From NCBI GenBank assembly GCA_951813565.1, contig OX638351.1, positions 2,752,001-2,816,000 on the forward strand: DNA of 64,000 nucleotides. Direction: 5' to 3'. This DNA comes from an uncultured Poribacteria bacterium (GTDB lineage: Bacteria > Poribacteria > WGA-4E > WGA-3G). A program made the position numbers and the translations under genes. Every line of letters begins with the position of its first letter. The stretch's first letter is position 1. Below, one piece after another: positions 1 to 9,892 of the stretch. Under the pieces are notes generated by a model. That model saw only the letters and a list, made by a program, of their open reading frames with translations, was not told where the DNA came from and did not search any database.

Positions 1-39
1 TCATGAAAGCGCGCATACCGTTGTTTTTAGGTATAGGTT

Positions 40-381
40 TTACCTGCTTGGGAAGCCGATATTAACAGGAGCAGTATCGTGGCTTTCGCATGCCTGGTCG
101 GTTGGGACATCGGTTTCAGCTTCGTTAGCTGCGACAATACCTTCCTCAAGCAGATATTCCTCCACTTCATCGCCGCTAACATCGGCAAGAATGATGTCGT
201 CAATTTGGACACAAGGCTGATAAGGTTGCCGTGTCTTCTGAACCATTTCACGATAGTTGTCTTCGTTGTTGATGATGTCTCTGTCTTCATATTCCAAATT
301 GTATTTGGCGAAAATGGCACGAACACCGTTGCTCCAGCCACAGACAGGTTTCATGTAAGCGATAATTTTGGGTTGATCCAT
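40..381 (-). CDS. Glutaredoxin-family protein (monothiol CGWS motif)
   Basis: Thioredoxin-fold pattern KPVCGWS...QPYQPCVQID; directly downstream of sufD. Confidence 0.8.
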   Translation of the reverse strand: MDQPKIIAYMKPVCGWSNGVRAIFAKYNLEYEDRDIINNEDNYREMVQKTRQPYQPCVQIDDIILADVSGDEVEEYLLEEGIVAANEAETDVPTDQACESHDTAPVNIGFPSR

Positions 382-488
382 TGTAGTGACTCCTTTTCAT
401 TATACCAAGTTAATATGATTTGAAGTTCTATGATTATGTCATGTGTGCGAGGCACGGAGACCTCGCGCTACATATCAGGTTAATTGGA

Positions 489-1838
489 TTATGTTTCTAA
501 TTTACGTGAGACAAATTCTTGTAGTTCTTCTCGTACCGATTCCATCGGCACGCGTTCCATGACAGGTTCAAAAAATCCGTCAACAATCAGTTTTTCTGCT
601 TGTGCGTAGGGTATGCCACGACTCATCAAGTAGAAGACTTGATCTGCATCAATCGGACCTGCAGTTGCACCGTGTGTGCATCGGACTTCATGTGCTTCAA
701 TTTCTAATCCGGGCAAGGTATCGGCATGTGCGCGTTCGCTGAGCAACAGATTGTCATTTTTCTGATACGCATCGGTGTAGTTCGCCGCAGGATATACATA
801 TATGTTCCCACCCCAAGCCGTCTGGGATCTATCCTTCAGGACAGTTCTGTATAACAGATCGCTTGAAGTATGCGGTGAAACGTGTTCCTGTGCGGTGCTT
901 ACATCTAAATGTTGCCGCGCATCAGTAAAAGCCAAACCTAACAGCTGCGCGTTTGCCCCGTTGCCTGCTAACACAATCGCTTGATTCAGTTTACTTAAAC
1001 GACTACCAAACGTAGCAGTAACCCAGCAGAGCTGCGCATCTTTGCTAATGACAGCGCGCTGTGACGCGAAATTCCAGACTTGACGATTCCAATGTTGTAC
1101 TTGTACATAAGTAACATTGGCGTTCTGTCCGGCGAAAATCTCAACTGCGCCACAGTGTAAACCACCTGCATCCGGATTAGCAGACGAATTATCTTCCAAA
1201 ATAACAACTTGACTATCCTCTTCAGCAATGAGGAGGACATGTGACATATCCGCGTGCTGATCTTCAGCGAGTTGAATATAAACCCGTAGGGGGTCTTCTA
1301 TCCTGACACCTTTCGGAACGTGCAGGACATAACCGCCTTGCCAAAATGCACCGTGAAGCGCATCAAACGTGTTACGACTGGCAATATTCCCACTTTTTAG
1401 GGTCGTTTCTAATGTGACAGCCTTTGTCATAAAGTAGTCACGAATTAGGTCTCCACGTTCTTTTACAGCTGTGTGCAGATCAGCAAAATAGATGCCCTTT
1501 TTTTCTAATTCAGGAGACAAATAGGTGTGTTGAGGATTTCCATCAACCTGGACCAACACACCCGCACCATCTTCTACTTCAGTTGATGTGCTACCGTTCG
1601 TTTCGGAAGGAGGATGATAATTGTCAACTGCGAAGCCGCGGAGATGCCGCCGAGTTCGCCGCCAGTAATCCTGCGTCCGCATATCAACGGTGCGCCGCCA
1701 CGTATCATCTTCAGTGGTATGTGGCATCGGTAACGATTCGTAAAGCGAGTATGCCTCCAACCGTTTGTCACGCATCCACTGCGGTTCATCCCGCGCTATT
1801 TTCTCAACAAAATCTTTTGAAAAATCACCTTTTTGCAA
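489..1838 (-). CDS. sufD: Fe-S cluster assembly protein SufD
   Basis: SufBD beta-helix, C-terminal PGLEI...VRCTHGATAG...FYLMSRGI; follows sufB; TTG start. Confidence 0.92.
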   Translation of the reverse strand: MQKGDFSKDFVEKIARDEPQWMRDKRLEAYSLYESLPMPHTTEDDTWRRTVDMRTQDYWRRTRRHLRGFAVDNYHPPSETNGSTSTEVEDGAGVLVQVDGNPQHTYLSPELEKKGIYFADLHTAVKERGDLIRDYFMTKAVTLETTLKSGNIASRNTFDALHGAFWQGGYVLHVPKGVRIEDPLRVYIQLAEDQHADMSHVLLIAEEDSQVVILEDNSSANPDAGGLHCGAVEIFAGQNANVTYVQVQHWNRQVWNFASQRAVISKDAQLCWVTATFGSRLSKLNQAIVLAGNGANAQLLGLAFTDARQHLDVSTAQEHVSPHTSSDLLYRTVLKDRSQTAWGGNIYVYPAANYTDAYQKNDNLLLSERAHADTLPGLEIEAHEVRCTHGATAGPIDADQVFYLMSRGIPYAQAEKLIVDGFFEPVMERVPMESVREELQEFVSRKLET

Positions 1839-1853
1839 TTCGACACCTTTCCC

Positions 1854-3272
1854 CTATCCAATTGAACCTTCCATCTGAAGTTGGATGAGGCGGTTCATCT
1901 CAACAGCGTATTCCATCGGGAGTTCTTTGACAAGCGGCTCAATAAACCCGTTGACAATCATAGTGGACGCCTCTTCTTCGGATAATCCACGACTCATTAG
2001 GTAGAAAAGCTGCTCTTCACCGATTTTGCTGACGCGTGCTTCATGTTCAATGTTGGTATCGTTTTCATTAATTTCAATGACCGGATAGGTATCTGAACGT
2101 GAATCCTTGTCAAGCAGAAGCGCATCACAAACGACGTGAGATTTGCATCCCTTTGCCCCTTTTGCGACATCAACCCACCCCCGATAACTGGAACGTCCGC
2201 CATCTTTACTGATAGACTTCGACGTAATCTGTGAGGTGGTGTGTGGTGCGCAATGGTAGACTTTTGCACCCGCATCCTGATGTTGCCCTTTGCTCGCAAA
2301 CGCAATAGAAAGGATTTCTCCTCGTGCACCGGGTTCCATCATATAGACACTCGGATACTTCATCGTCAACTTACTGCCGAGATTGCCATCAACCCATTCC
2401 ATCTGCGCGTCTTGGTAAGCCACCGCACGTTTGGTGACGAGATTGTATACATTCCCCGCCCAGTTTTGGATAGTTGTGTAGCGCACCCGCGAACCTTTCA
2501 TACAGACGATTTCAACGACAGCGCTATGCAAGGATTCGCTGCTAAAAGTCGGTGCAGTGCAACCTTCAACATAATGCACCTGCGAACCTTCGTCAGCGAT
2601 GATGAGCGTGCGTTCAAACTGCCCCATGTTTTCGCTGTTGATGCGGAAATAGGCTTGCAACGGATATTCAACCTTTACACCGGGCGGCACATAAATAAAA
2701 CTACCACCACTCCAGGCAGCACTATTCAACGCGGCGAATTGGTTATCTGCAGAAGGAATAATAGTGCCGAAGTATTTCTTCACGAGGTCAGGATATTCTT
2801 TGACAGCAGTATCTGTATCAACGAAAATGACACCAATTTTATCCAATTCTTCAACGAGGCTATGATAGACAACCTCAGAATCGTATTGTGCACCGACACC
2901 TGCCAGGAATTTCCGTTCAGCTTCCGGTATACCGAGCCGGTCGAATGTTTTCTTGATGTCTTCCGGCACATCGTCCCAACTCCGTTCGCTTCGGTCTGAT
3001 GCCTTAACATAATAATAAATATCGTCAAAATCGAGTTGCGAAAGATCGCCACCCCATTTTGTCATCGGCTTCTGTTTAAAGATTTTGTAAGCTTCGAGCC
3101 TATACTGACGCATCCAATCCGGTTCCTCTTTGATGTCGCACATCTGATTGATGACCTCTTCGTCCAATCCTTTTCGGGATTTGAACGTCGGCTTAACATC
3201 ATCGTGGAATCCGTATTGATAGTCTTTACTAATTCCGATTTCGTCAAGTTGTTGTGTTTCAGGGGTTGCCAT
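1854..3272 (-). CDS. sufB: Fe-S cluster assembly protein SufB
   Basis: [55 protein letters not shown] motifs. Confidence 0.97.
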   Translation of the reverse strand: MATPETQQLDEIGISKDYQYGFHDDVKPTFKSRKGLDEEVINQMCDIKEEPDWMRQYRLEAYKIFKQKPMTKWGGDLSQLDFDDIYYYVKASDRSERSWDDVPEDIKKTFDRLGIPEAERKFLAGVGAQYDSEVVYHSLVEELDKIGVIFVDTDTAVKEYPDLVKKYFGTIIPSADNQFAALNSAAWSGGSFIYVPPGVKVEYPLQAYFRINSENMGQFERTLIIADEGSQVHYVEGCTAPTFSSESLHSAVVEIVCMKGSRVRYTTIQNWAGNVYNLVTKRAVAYQDAQMEWVDGNLGSKLTMKYPSVYMMEPGARGEILSIAFASKGQHQDAGAKVYHCAPHTTSQITSKSISKDGGRSSYRGWVDVAKGAKGCKSHVVCDALLLDKDSRSDTYPVIEINENDTNIEHEARVSKIGEEQLFYLMSRGLSEEEASTMIVNGFIEPLVKELPMEYAVEMNRLIQLQMEGSIG

Positions 3273-3351
3273 AGTATTTCTCCTTCAAAATATTTTATAG
3301 TTATGATTTTCAAGGGTTAACAATTCGTTGTTGCTTTAGCGTTTCTATTTC

Positions 3352-3681
3352 CTATGTGAGCATTTCAATCTGTCTTTCAAGGGCGCGATCCCTTCCACTT
3401 CGCAACGCGATAAGAATTTGTGGGATTGCTACAGCTGCGACTATGAGTGCTATTAGTCCGTAAGTGATATTTGTTCCGTGCGTGATTTGTTTGTCAACGT
3501 TTTCAAGTTTGCCTCGCATCCATGCGACATCTGTTTTTAGGGACACAATATCGGCTTTTATAGGCTTAAGTTCCTCATTGATAATCAATCGGATTCTATT
3601 GAGATCAGTATCTGTTAACTCACCGAGAGCTGGCAACGCGATTACACAAAAGAGTATTGAGAGGAATAGGATAATTTTCAT
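3352..3681 (-). CDS. Hypothetical membrane protein (signal peptide, coiled coil, TM helix); possibly truncated by a premature TAG
   Basis: ORF track, AAGGAG RBS; frame continues after TAG as EIETLKQQRIVNP* to 3310. Confidence 0.7.
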   Translation of the reverse strand: MKIILFLSILFCVIALPALGELTDTDLNRIRLIINEELKPIKADIVSLKTDVAWMRGKLENVDKQITHGTNITYGLIALIVAAVAIPQILIALRSGRDRALERQIEMLT

Positions 3682-3749
3682 TGTGGTCTCCTTTTGACTC
3701 TTGTGATGTAACTATTGTGTCTCAGAGGTCGCCATTTTGTATCTTAATT

Positions 3750-4544
3750 TTACTGAACGGTTTCTGCTTCAATACCATATTTTTCACGAATTGGATCGTA
3801 ACCTTCTGCTTCTAACACGTGTGTAAGTTCCCATCCTCCTGATTCCACAATCCTACCATCAAGTAGTATATGCACAAACTGCGGACGGATGTAGTCCAAC
3901 AGGCGCGGGTAGTGTGTGATAATCAGCACACCAAGTTCTGGTCCGACCAAGCTGCTGACGCTTTCGCCGACAATGCGGACAGCGTCAATATCGAGTCCGG
4001 AATCCGTTTCATCAAGGATAGCGATTTTCGGTTCAAGCATCGCCATTTGCAGGATTTCAGCGCGTTTTTTCTCACCACCAGAGAATCCATCGTTGAGATA
4101 ACGTCTGGCAAAGGAATCGTCTACACCGAGTTGTGTCATTTTTTCGCGTAGTTCTGTGCGAAATTCCCGCATCGGAATCAGTTCGCTGTTTTCGGAACCG
4201 TTTGTTGCTTCAGAACGGACTGCACTGACAGCGATTCGCAGGAAATTCGCCATACTCACCCCTGGAATAACTGTCGGATATTGAAAAGCGAGGAACAGTC
4301 CCAATTTTGCGCGTTCATTCGGTTCTAATTCCAGAACATCAACACCGTTGAAAATCACCTCACCTGAATCGATCTCGTAGGAAGGATGTCCCATCAATCC
4401 GTTTGCGAGTGTGCTTTTGCCGGACCCATTTGGTCCCATGAGGGCATGAACTTCGCCCTGTTTAACACTTAAATTTAATCCTTTGATAATCGGATTTCCT
4501 TGGACGCTGATATGTAAGTCTTTAATTATTAGGTCATTGCTCAT
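3750..4544 (-). CDS. sufC: Fe-S cluster assembly ATPase SufC
   Basis: MGPNGSGKST Walker A, LFLAFQYP, GFSGGEKKR, LDETDSGLDIDA. Confidence 0.97.
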   Translation of the reverse strand: MSNDLIIKDLHISVQGNPIIKGLNLSVKQGEVHALMGPNGSGKSTLANGLMGHPSYEIDSGEVIFNGVDVLELEPNERAKLGLFLAFQYPTVIPGVSMANFLRIAVSAVRSEATNGSENSELIPMREFRTELREKMTQLGVDDSFARRYLNDGFSGGEKKRAEILQMAMLEPKIAILDETDSGLDIDAVRIVGESVSSLVGPELGVLIITHYPRLLDYIRPQFVHILLDGRIVESGGWELTHVLEAEGYDPIREKYGIEAETVQ

Positions 4545-4616
4545 CTTTTGGCTTCGGACTCCTTGTGAAATAAGATTTGTTGTTATTGCATGTATTATTG
4601 TTTATCATGAACACTC

Positions 4617-4644
4617 TTGTAGGAGGGCTTTGTAAGCCCGATTT
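4617..4644. repeat. REP-like palindrome, family TTGTAGGAGGG-hairpin-CCCGATTT (related copies at 36084-36111, 36173-36239, 61973-62000, 62240-62267)
   Basis: ttgtaggagggctttgtaagcccgattt; related copies read directly, always intergenic. Confidence 0.7.
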
Positions 4645-4662
4645 CTTTTATTTATACACCCT

Positions 4663-5658
4663 TTATCCGCCAATTCTCGACATATTCCGCTCAGGTTTAA
4701 CAAAGTCCGCAGCATTAATCTTATGTCCTGCTTCTTTTTTTGCCACTGCATCAATAATTAAGTTTTCAATCACTTCATCGTCTGCGCTTTCGCGTAATGG
4801 GGTAAGTAAATCAATTTCTGTAAGCGAGAAAAGGCACGTTCGGAACTTCCCATCAGCAGTGAGACGGATTCGATTGCAGCTTTCACAGAACGGTTCACTG
4901 ACAGAAGGTATAACCCCAACTTCAGTAACATTATCAGCGAAGCGGAAACGTTGTGCAGTATCACTCTTTGCATCACCGTTTAGCGTCATTCGTTCCAGTG
5001 GATAAACATTGCTAATTCTATCTATAATTTCTTTGCCAGGGATGAACATGTTGCGTCCCCAAATATCATCGGCATCAAGCGGCATGAACTCTATGAACCG
5101 CAGCTGATAACTGTTTTCGCGTGCGAAGGTGGCTAAATCCACGATTTCATCGTCTGTAAATCCGCGCATTGCAACGGCGTTGACTTTAATCGGATTGAAC
5201 CCACAATCATGCGCTGCTTTAAGTCCTTTAATTACACGCGAGAGAACTTTCCGCCGCGTCATCTGCTCAAACTTCTCTTCGTTGAGCGTGTCCAGACTAA
5301 CGTTGATACGTCTTAGTCCAGCATCGTAAAGTGCCTGCGCTTGGGCAATTAGCCCGATGCCGTTAGTTGTCAAACTAATGTCTTTCAACGCATCTATCTG
5401 CCCAAGTTGTTCAATGAGGTGCGGCACACCGGGACGCACGAGCGGTTCACCTCCCGTAATCCGAATTTTGTTAACACCTAACCCGACAAAGATACGTGTG
5501 AAATGCAAAATTTCGTCGTAGGTCATCAGTGCCGAATCTGGCATAAATACCATGTCTTCAGGCATACAGTAGATACACCGAAAGTTGCATACATCTGTAA
5601 CGGAGATTCTGAGGTTCGTATGGACACGTCCGAAACTGTCGAGTAGTTGCTGTTTCAT
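4663..5658 (-). CDS. moaA: GTP 3',8-cyclase MoaA (radical SAM)
   Basis: LRISVTDVCNFRCIYCM (CxxxCxxC), RITGGEPL, FCESCNRIRLTADG, C-terminal MSRIGG; start set at MKQQ. Confidence 0.96.
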   Translation of the reverse strand: MKQQLLDSFGRVHTNLRISVTDVCNFRCIYCMPEDMVFMPDSALMTYDEILHFTRIFVGLGVNKIRITGGEPLVRPGVPHLIEQLGQIDALKDISLTTNGIGLIAQAQALYDAGLRRINVSLDTLNEEKFEQMTRRKVLSRVIKGLKAAHDCGFNPIKVNAVAMRGFTDDEIVDLATFARENSYQLRFIEFMPLDADDIWGRNMFIPGKEIIDRISNVYPLERMTLNGDAKSDTAQRFRFADNVTEVGVIPSVSEPFCESCNRIRLTADGKFRTCLFSLTEIDLLTPLRESADDEVIENLIIDAVAKKEAGHKINAADFVKPERNMSRIGG

Positions 5659-5689
5659 CGTTAAATAAACCAACTCTTCATTTTTTAAT

Positions 5690-5718
5690 AGTATAGCATG
5701 TTGTTATCTGGTTTGCAA
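5690..5718 (-). promoter_or_regulatory. Sigma70-type promoter for moaA-suf
   Basis: TTGCAA-17 nt-TATACT with extended -10 TG on minus strand. Confidence 0.55.
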
Positions 5719-5931
5719 GTATTTTTTATAGTGTTTACTATAAAAAAGATTTAGGTGATTTTTTCCCGATTGCCTTGCCCAAACGTTAGATCAGAGGCAT
5801 TCAATTGTCGGTTTATTACCCGTTTTAGTCGAAAGGTCGCGAGCTGGAGCTCGCTCCTACAGGAAGATGTTTTAAGAGAAAAAAGAAATTATTGGAAAAT
5901 TGAATGGCTCTGAACGTTAGTTATTTTTCAG

Positions 5932-5960
5932 TTGACACGAACAGAGATTTTATGTATAAT
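5932..5960 (+). promoter_or_regulatory. Perfect consensus sigma70 promoter
   Basis: TTGACA (5932-5937)-17 nt-TATAAT (5955-5960). Confidence 0.8.
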
Positions 5961-5993
5961 TGCCTTAATATCTCTAAAACAGGGAGAAAAATC

Positions 5994-6362
5994 ATGGAAG
6001 AAAAAGTATTCCACGCGGGTGGTGTTGAGTTCCACGTGGACAACCGCAATTTCGGTGAAGATGGTGGTCCTTCTGTGCGTGTTTTCGGAGAAGCGGATGG
6101 AGAAAATATCCAACTGTTACGTTTTGACTGCTTCCGCAAAAACCCGCACTACCATTACGACCCTTCTGGAAAAAACGATCATCGAAACCTTGATAAAGCA
6201 GAAGTGCCGGATTCGGTTGCTTGGACAATTGAACAACTCGAACAAAATCTCGCTGAGATGATACACACCGCAGGTTACGCTAGTATTGCTGAACAGGTTG
6301 ACCAAGCAGCGGTGGTGCAAATACTCCCTGAGATAGAATCTCTCATGCGAAGAGAAAGTTAA
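5994..6362 (+). CDS. Conserved hypothetical protein (LRFDCF...PHYHY motif)
   Basis: ORF; GGAG RBS before ATG 5994; consensus promoter upstream. Confidence 0.75.
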   Translation: MEEKVFHAGGVEFHVDNRNFGEDGGPSVRVFGEADGENIQLLRFDCFRKNPHYHYDPSGKNDHRNLDKAEVPDSVAWTIEQLEQNLAEMIHTAGYASIAEQVDQAAVVQILPEIESLMRRES

Positions 6363-6404
6363 TCATATAGACAGCGCATACAAGCGCAAAGGGAGAAATT
6401 TAAC

Positions 6405-7082
6405 GTGTACAGAGTTATTGTTATAAATGCAGTCATAATGACTGTGTTAGTAGGATTCAGTGTCTTTGCAGGCACCCCACAGGAATTAGGTAAATGGGAG
6501 AAGGGTGAACTACTTCTTGAAAATTATAGTTTTGAAGATGATTTAGCCGCCTGGGAATTAGAAGATGGCACATGTTGTGAGCGGGGCGGAGAGTATAGGA
6601 TGGAAATTGACAAGAAAAATCCACAACACGGGGATAAATGCCTTAAAGTCATTGGTGTCAAAGCGACTGGTACAGCTTGGCACGCTAAAGTTAAGCAAAA
6701 GAACGTCTCAATGCAAAAAGGAGAGGAGTATACTGTCATTTTCTGGGCGCGTTCCGAAGACCCACGCGAGGTACTTGTAAATCTCCAGAAACAAGGTGAT
6801 CCTTGGGATAACCATCTTCAAGGACTTCCTCGGCCCGCTATCATTTTGACAGGCGAGGAGTGGTCAGAGTATCATTATACTTTCACCGCAAAGGTAGATG
6901 TTGTAAGAGACATGTGGGTGGCTTTATCTATTGCCCAATCAGATGTTGATTTCTGGATTGATAACTTCCGCTTCTTTGAGGGCGAACCACAAGATGATTT
7001 GACACGCGATGAACCGTTTCCGGTTGATGCGAAAGAAAAATTGACTACGCAATGGGCATCTGTTAAGACGGAGCGTTTTTAA
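6405..7082 (+). CDS. Secreted carbohydrate-binding (CBM4/9-like jelly-roll) protein with Poribacteria-type C-terminal motif
   Basis: Signal peptide; NYSFE...W, G.EYTVIFWARS, WSEY.YTF, FWIDNFRF; ends PVDAKEKLTTQWASVK. Confidence 0.75.
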   Translation: MYRVIVINAVIMTVLVGFSVFAGTPQELGKWEKGELLLENYSFEDDLAAWELEDGTCCERGGEYRMEIDKKNPQHGDKCLKVIGVKATGTAWHAKVKQKNVSMQKGEEYTVIFWARSEDPREVLVNLQKQGDPWDNHLQGLPRPAIILTGEEWSEYHYTFTAKVDVVRDMWVALSIAQSDVDFWIDNFRFFEGEPQDDLTRDEPFPVDAKEKLTTQWASVKTERF

Positions 7083-7103
7083 TAGAGCGTTACCCAAAAC
7101 CAT

Positions 7104-7147
7104 AGCCATCACGTCCTTATCTAAGAGTGTGATGGTTGTGTCTTTTT
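7104..7147 (+). terminator. Putative intrinsic terminator
   Basis: gccatcac...gtgatggt stem followed by gtcttttt, between convergent genes. Confidence 0.45.
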
Positions 7148-7193
7148 AAGTTACGGGTTTATCCCAACGAAGAAGTTCTCCGTATAAGGTTTA

Positions 7194-7628
7194 CTATCTT
7201 TCCGATGACACATTATTGGGTCTCAATCCTTTTGACAACATTGATGTAACAAGCGTATTTAGGTTTACGCCTTCCTGCTCTGCACGCTGCGAAAGTTGAA
7301 TTTGGATGTGCTCAGGAAGCTGTCGAATCCAGTCTCCGTTGAATACATCGGCAGAACCGGGTTGAGGGATTTCATCACCGAAATCTTTTGCAGTTTCTAT
7401 CCAGCAGAAAACAGCGTCTTTTCCATTCTCTATCGTTTCTTCAATTGTCTCGCCATCGGACATACACCCCGGCAGGTCGGGAAATTCGATTAAATAGCCG
7501 CCACCTTCCTCTGGAGGCAATATGCTCATAAAAAACGGGTATCTTGGTAGGAAAGGAAATTTAGCCAAATAGCCGCCTTCCTCTGAGGGTAATATACTCA
7601 TAAGAAATGGATATTTCAATTCATTCAT
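7194..7628 (-). CDS. hicB: HicB-family antitoxin with duplicated N-terminal segment
   Basis: EEGGGYLIEFPDLPGCMSDGETIEE HicB motif plus RHH-like C-terminus (AEQEGVNLN). Confidence 0.88.
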   Translation of the reverse strand: MNELKYPFLMSILPSEEGGYLAKFPFLPRYPFFMSILPPEEGGGYLIEFPDLPGCMSDGETIEETIENGKDAVFCWIETAKDFGDEIPQPGSADVFNGDWIRQLPEHIQIQLSQRAEQEGVNLNTLVTSMLSKGLRPNNVSSER

Positions 7629-7871
7629 GATTCATCTTCCTTTAAAGACTCAATTATCTGCACAAGTTGCCGAATATATGCAGGTTTAATTGGACGGCGT
7701 GCAGGAATAGTCAAATTTTTAGTTTTATCATGCCGTAGTGTTATATGGCTCCCACCACCCTTAGGACGACTTATCTGAACCCATATCGCTTCGCAAGTGT
7801 CTCAACGTGTGAAATCTGCCAGTCACCTCGTGGGTTGTTTTTCATTTTTGTGAGTAATTTATCTCTGCCAT
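7625..7871 (-). pseudogene. hicA: Frameshifted HicA-family toxin
   Basis: Manual translation: RDKLLTKMKNNPRGDWQISHVETLAKRYG / ISRPKGGGSHITLRH...LTIPARRPIKPAYIRQLV; frame break at CCC 7780-7782 and probably at CC 7868-7869; stop overlaps hicB ATG (ATGA). Confidence 0.8.
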
Positions 7872-7962
7872 GTTAATTAAATATTATTACATACAATATC
7901 ATGTTTGTCAAGATAATTCGTTTTCCCTTAGCACATCGTATTGCGATTGCAATTCAACAGTA

Positions 7963-8604
7963 TCACTTTATAATCGCCCGTCTAAACGTTAGTGATATTC
8001 GTCGCTGCCGTGGGAATTTACGACCATCCCACACATCCGATTTTCTGGCAGGAATACCGTGCATCCACGTATACCTCGCCTCTTCCCTTAATACAGCAAC
8101 ACTTCGCCGCGCAAGCCAAACCGGAACTTTCCTTGTTTTGTCATATTTGTTTGTAAATTCCATAATACAACTTGATCCCAGACTTAAATTGACAATGGTA
8201 TCCTTAAACCAAGGCTCTTTATCAATATGCCCGCCAATGCCTTGTCCAGGTTCATATTCATTGATAAGCACCTGATTGGGAACCTCAGGTATGTGTCCAT
8301 CTTTGTGTAATTTGTTAGCAACTCTTTTTAGCCATTCTGGTAAATCGCTTATCTGCCTATCATCTTTCAACTTTCCCGTTTCGTAGTCAAACTTAGTGCC
8401 GTAATGCTGGTAGCGCCGCTTAGAAAAGTAGGACCACTGTTGCTTGTCGATCTGGTCTAACAACCAATCATGTTGGAATTCGGTAATATAGTCTTCTATA
8501 TAACGCAAGCCGCGGATTTTATTCACCGCTTCCTCGTTTTTTGGTGGTGGTTGGGGTTGAGAAAATTGCTGCTCTAATAAGGGAAATAGGGTAATTTGTT
8601 CCAT
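7963..8604 (-). CDS. AlkB-like 2OG-Fe(II) dioxygenase
   Basis: NEYEPGQGIGGHID (HxD), LSLGS, WMHGI, RRISLTFR. Confidence 0.9.
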   Translation of the reverse strand: MEQITLFPLLEQQFSQPQPPPKNEEAVNKIRGLRYIEDYITEFQHDWLLDQIDKQQWSYFSKRRYQHYGTKFDYETGKLKDDRQISDLPEWLKRVANKLHKDGHIPEVPNQVLINEYEPGQGIGGHIDKEPWFKDTIVNLSLGSSCIMEFTNKYDKTRKVPVWLARRSVAVLREEARYTWMHGIPARKSDVWDGRKFPRQRRISLTFRRAIIK

Positions 8605-8635
8605 TGTCGGTTACTATTAAGTCAATTACTCTGGA

Positions 8636-9874
8636 TTATATTTTCGGATCCGCTTCCAACTCGCTGTGATAGGCGAGAAGAATCGTTACAGCAATGCACG
8701 TCCCGACAATACCAACTGGCGAGAAGTTTCCGACACTGTCTACTAACCATCCGAGCAGTGGTGCCAGAACAATTGTAGCCAACGATTTGGCTTGCGCCTC
8801 AATAGATAAAACCGTAGCACCCATGTCCGGTGTTGACTGAGCGTCAAATCTACTAATCAATACGGGACGCCAGAAGTTTTGAAGAATTGCCAAGCCAATG
8901 AAAAGTACTATCATAGCAGAATGCCAACTGAACCAAAGTGCTGGAATCAGGAGCGCAAAAAGTGCTAAATCTATCCACCACATAAACTGTGCTGCGCCTT
9001 CATCTCCACCCCGCCAATCTGAGACTCGGTGAGAATTCCGAGAAGCAAAAGACGATAGGAAATAGAGCGGAAAATAGATAACCGTAACGAGAAAAGCTGT
9101 CCGTTTTGATACATCCAACGTTATCAGAATAGGCAGTGCAATAGCAGTCTTTTCAAGTATCGGTTGCAGGTAGTCCTTACTTGCTTTATACATTCCCTCG
9201 AACCCCATTCCTTCAAAAACGAGGCGGCGGAGTGGAGGAAATTGCACTGACTGTTTCAAGGCACTACCAAGCAGGTGTGCAACTGCTTTGAGTGAAAATT
9301 CACTCTGCCTATCCCCATCCAGTTCCTTCGGATAACCGAAGAAATTGATGATGTTTAAAAAGTAAGGGATAATTGAAAACCAGAAGATGTCTGTAAAATT
9401 GCCACGATAAAATACTAATACCCCTGCGATGAGAACAGAAACGGCCGAACCCATTTGTGACCAAGAACGTGTAAAGCCGTATATTTTCGTTTTCTCATCC
9501 GATCTGCCTTGCAGACGGAGCCAGTCGAAAATCATTGCTTTGTGCGTGCCAGTGCGAAACGCATCTCCTAAGCCAAAGAAGAACATCGCTCCGAAAAGCA
9601 TCGGGAGCGATTTACTCACAGCAAAAGTGGCAAAAGAGACAATATAGGCACAAAATGAAAAAATCATGGCGCGTCGGCGACCGTAAAGGTCAGCGAGTGC
9701 GCCGGAGGGTATTTCAAATAGGTTGGTGCAAACCTCCCGAAATCCAATTAGGATACCAATTTGGAAGAAGGACAAACCTTTCTCAAGAAACGCTAAAATC
9801 AGAAACGGATCGTAGTAGCGTTGATTTTTTAAGAATCCGTAGAGCGAAAAACGGAAGAGCATCGGTATGCGCAT
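8636..9874 (-). CDS. MFS transporter
   Basis: About 12 hydrophobic segments, EIPSGALADLYGRR motif A. Confidence 0.9.
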   Translation of the reverse strand: MRIPMLFRFSLYGFLKNQRYYDPFLILAFLEKGLSFFQIGILIGFREVCTNLFEIPSGALADLYGRRRAMIFSFCAYIVSFATFAVSKSLPMLFGAMFFFGLGDAFRTGTHKAMIFDWLRLQGRSDEKTKIYGFTRSWSQMGSAVSVLIAGVLVFYRGNFTDIFWFSIIPYFLNIINFFGYPKELDGDRQSEFSLKAVAHLLGSALKQSVQFPPLRRLVFEGMGFEGMYKASKDYLQPILEKTAIALPILITLDVSKRTAFLVTVIYFPLYFLSSFASRNSHRVSDWRGGDEGAAQFMWWIDLALFALLIPALWFSWHSAMIVLFIGLAILQNFWRPVLISRFDAQSTPDMGATVLSIEAQAKSLATIVLAPLLGWLVDSVGNFSPVGIVGTCIAVTILLAYHSELEADPKI

Positions 9875-9892
9875 AGGTTAACTGAGATTATC

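Noticed and set aside
2241..2999. Long antisense ORFs in the track (e.g. 2241-2999, 23563-24252, 56384-56932, 61253-61849)
   Set aside because: They are shadows of well-supported genes on the opposite strand, with no recognisable motifs or RBS.
3352..3354. Pyrrolysine or stop-codon reassignment
   Set aside because: TAG terminates other normal genes here (e.g. sufB, rpmA) and no pyl genes are seen. A point mutation is simpler.
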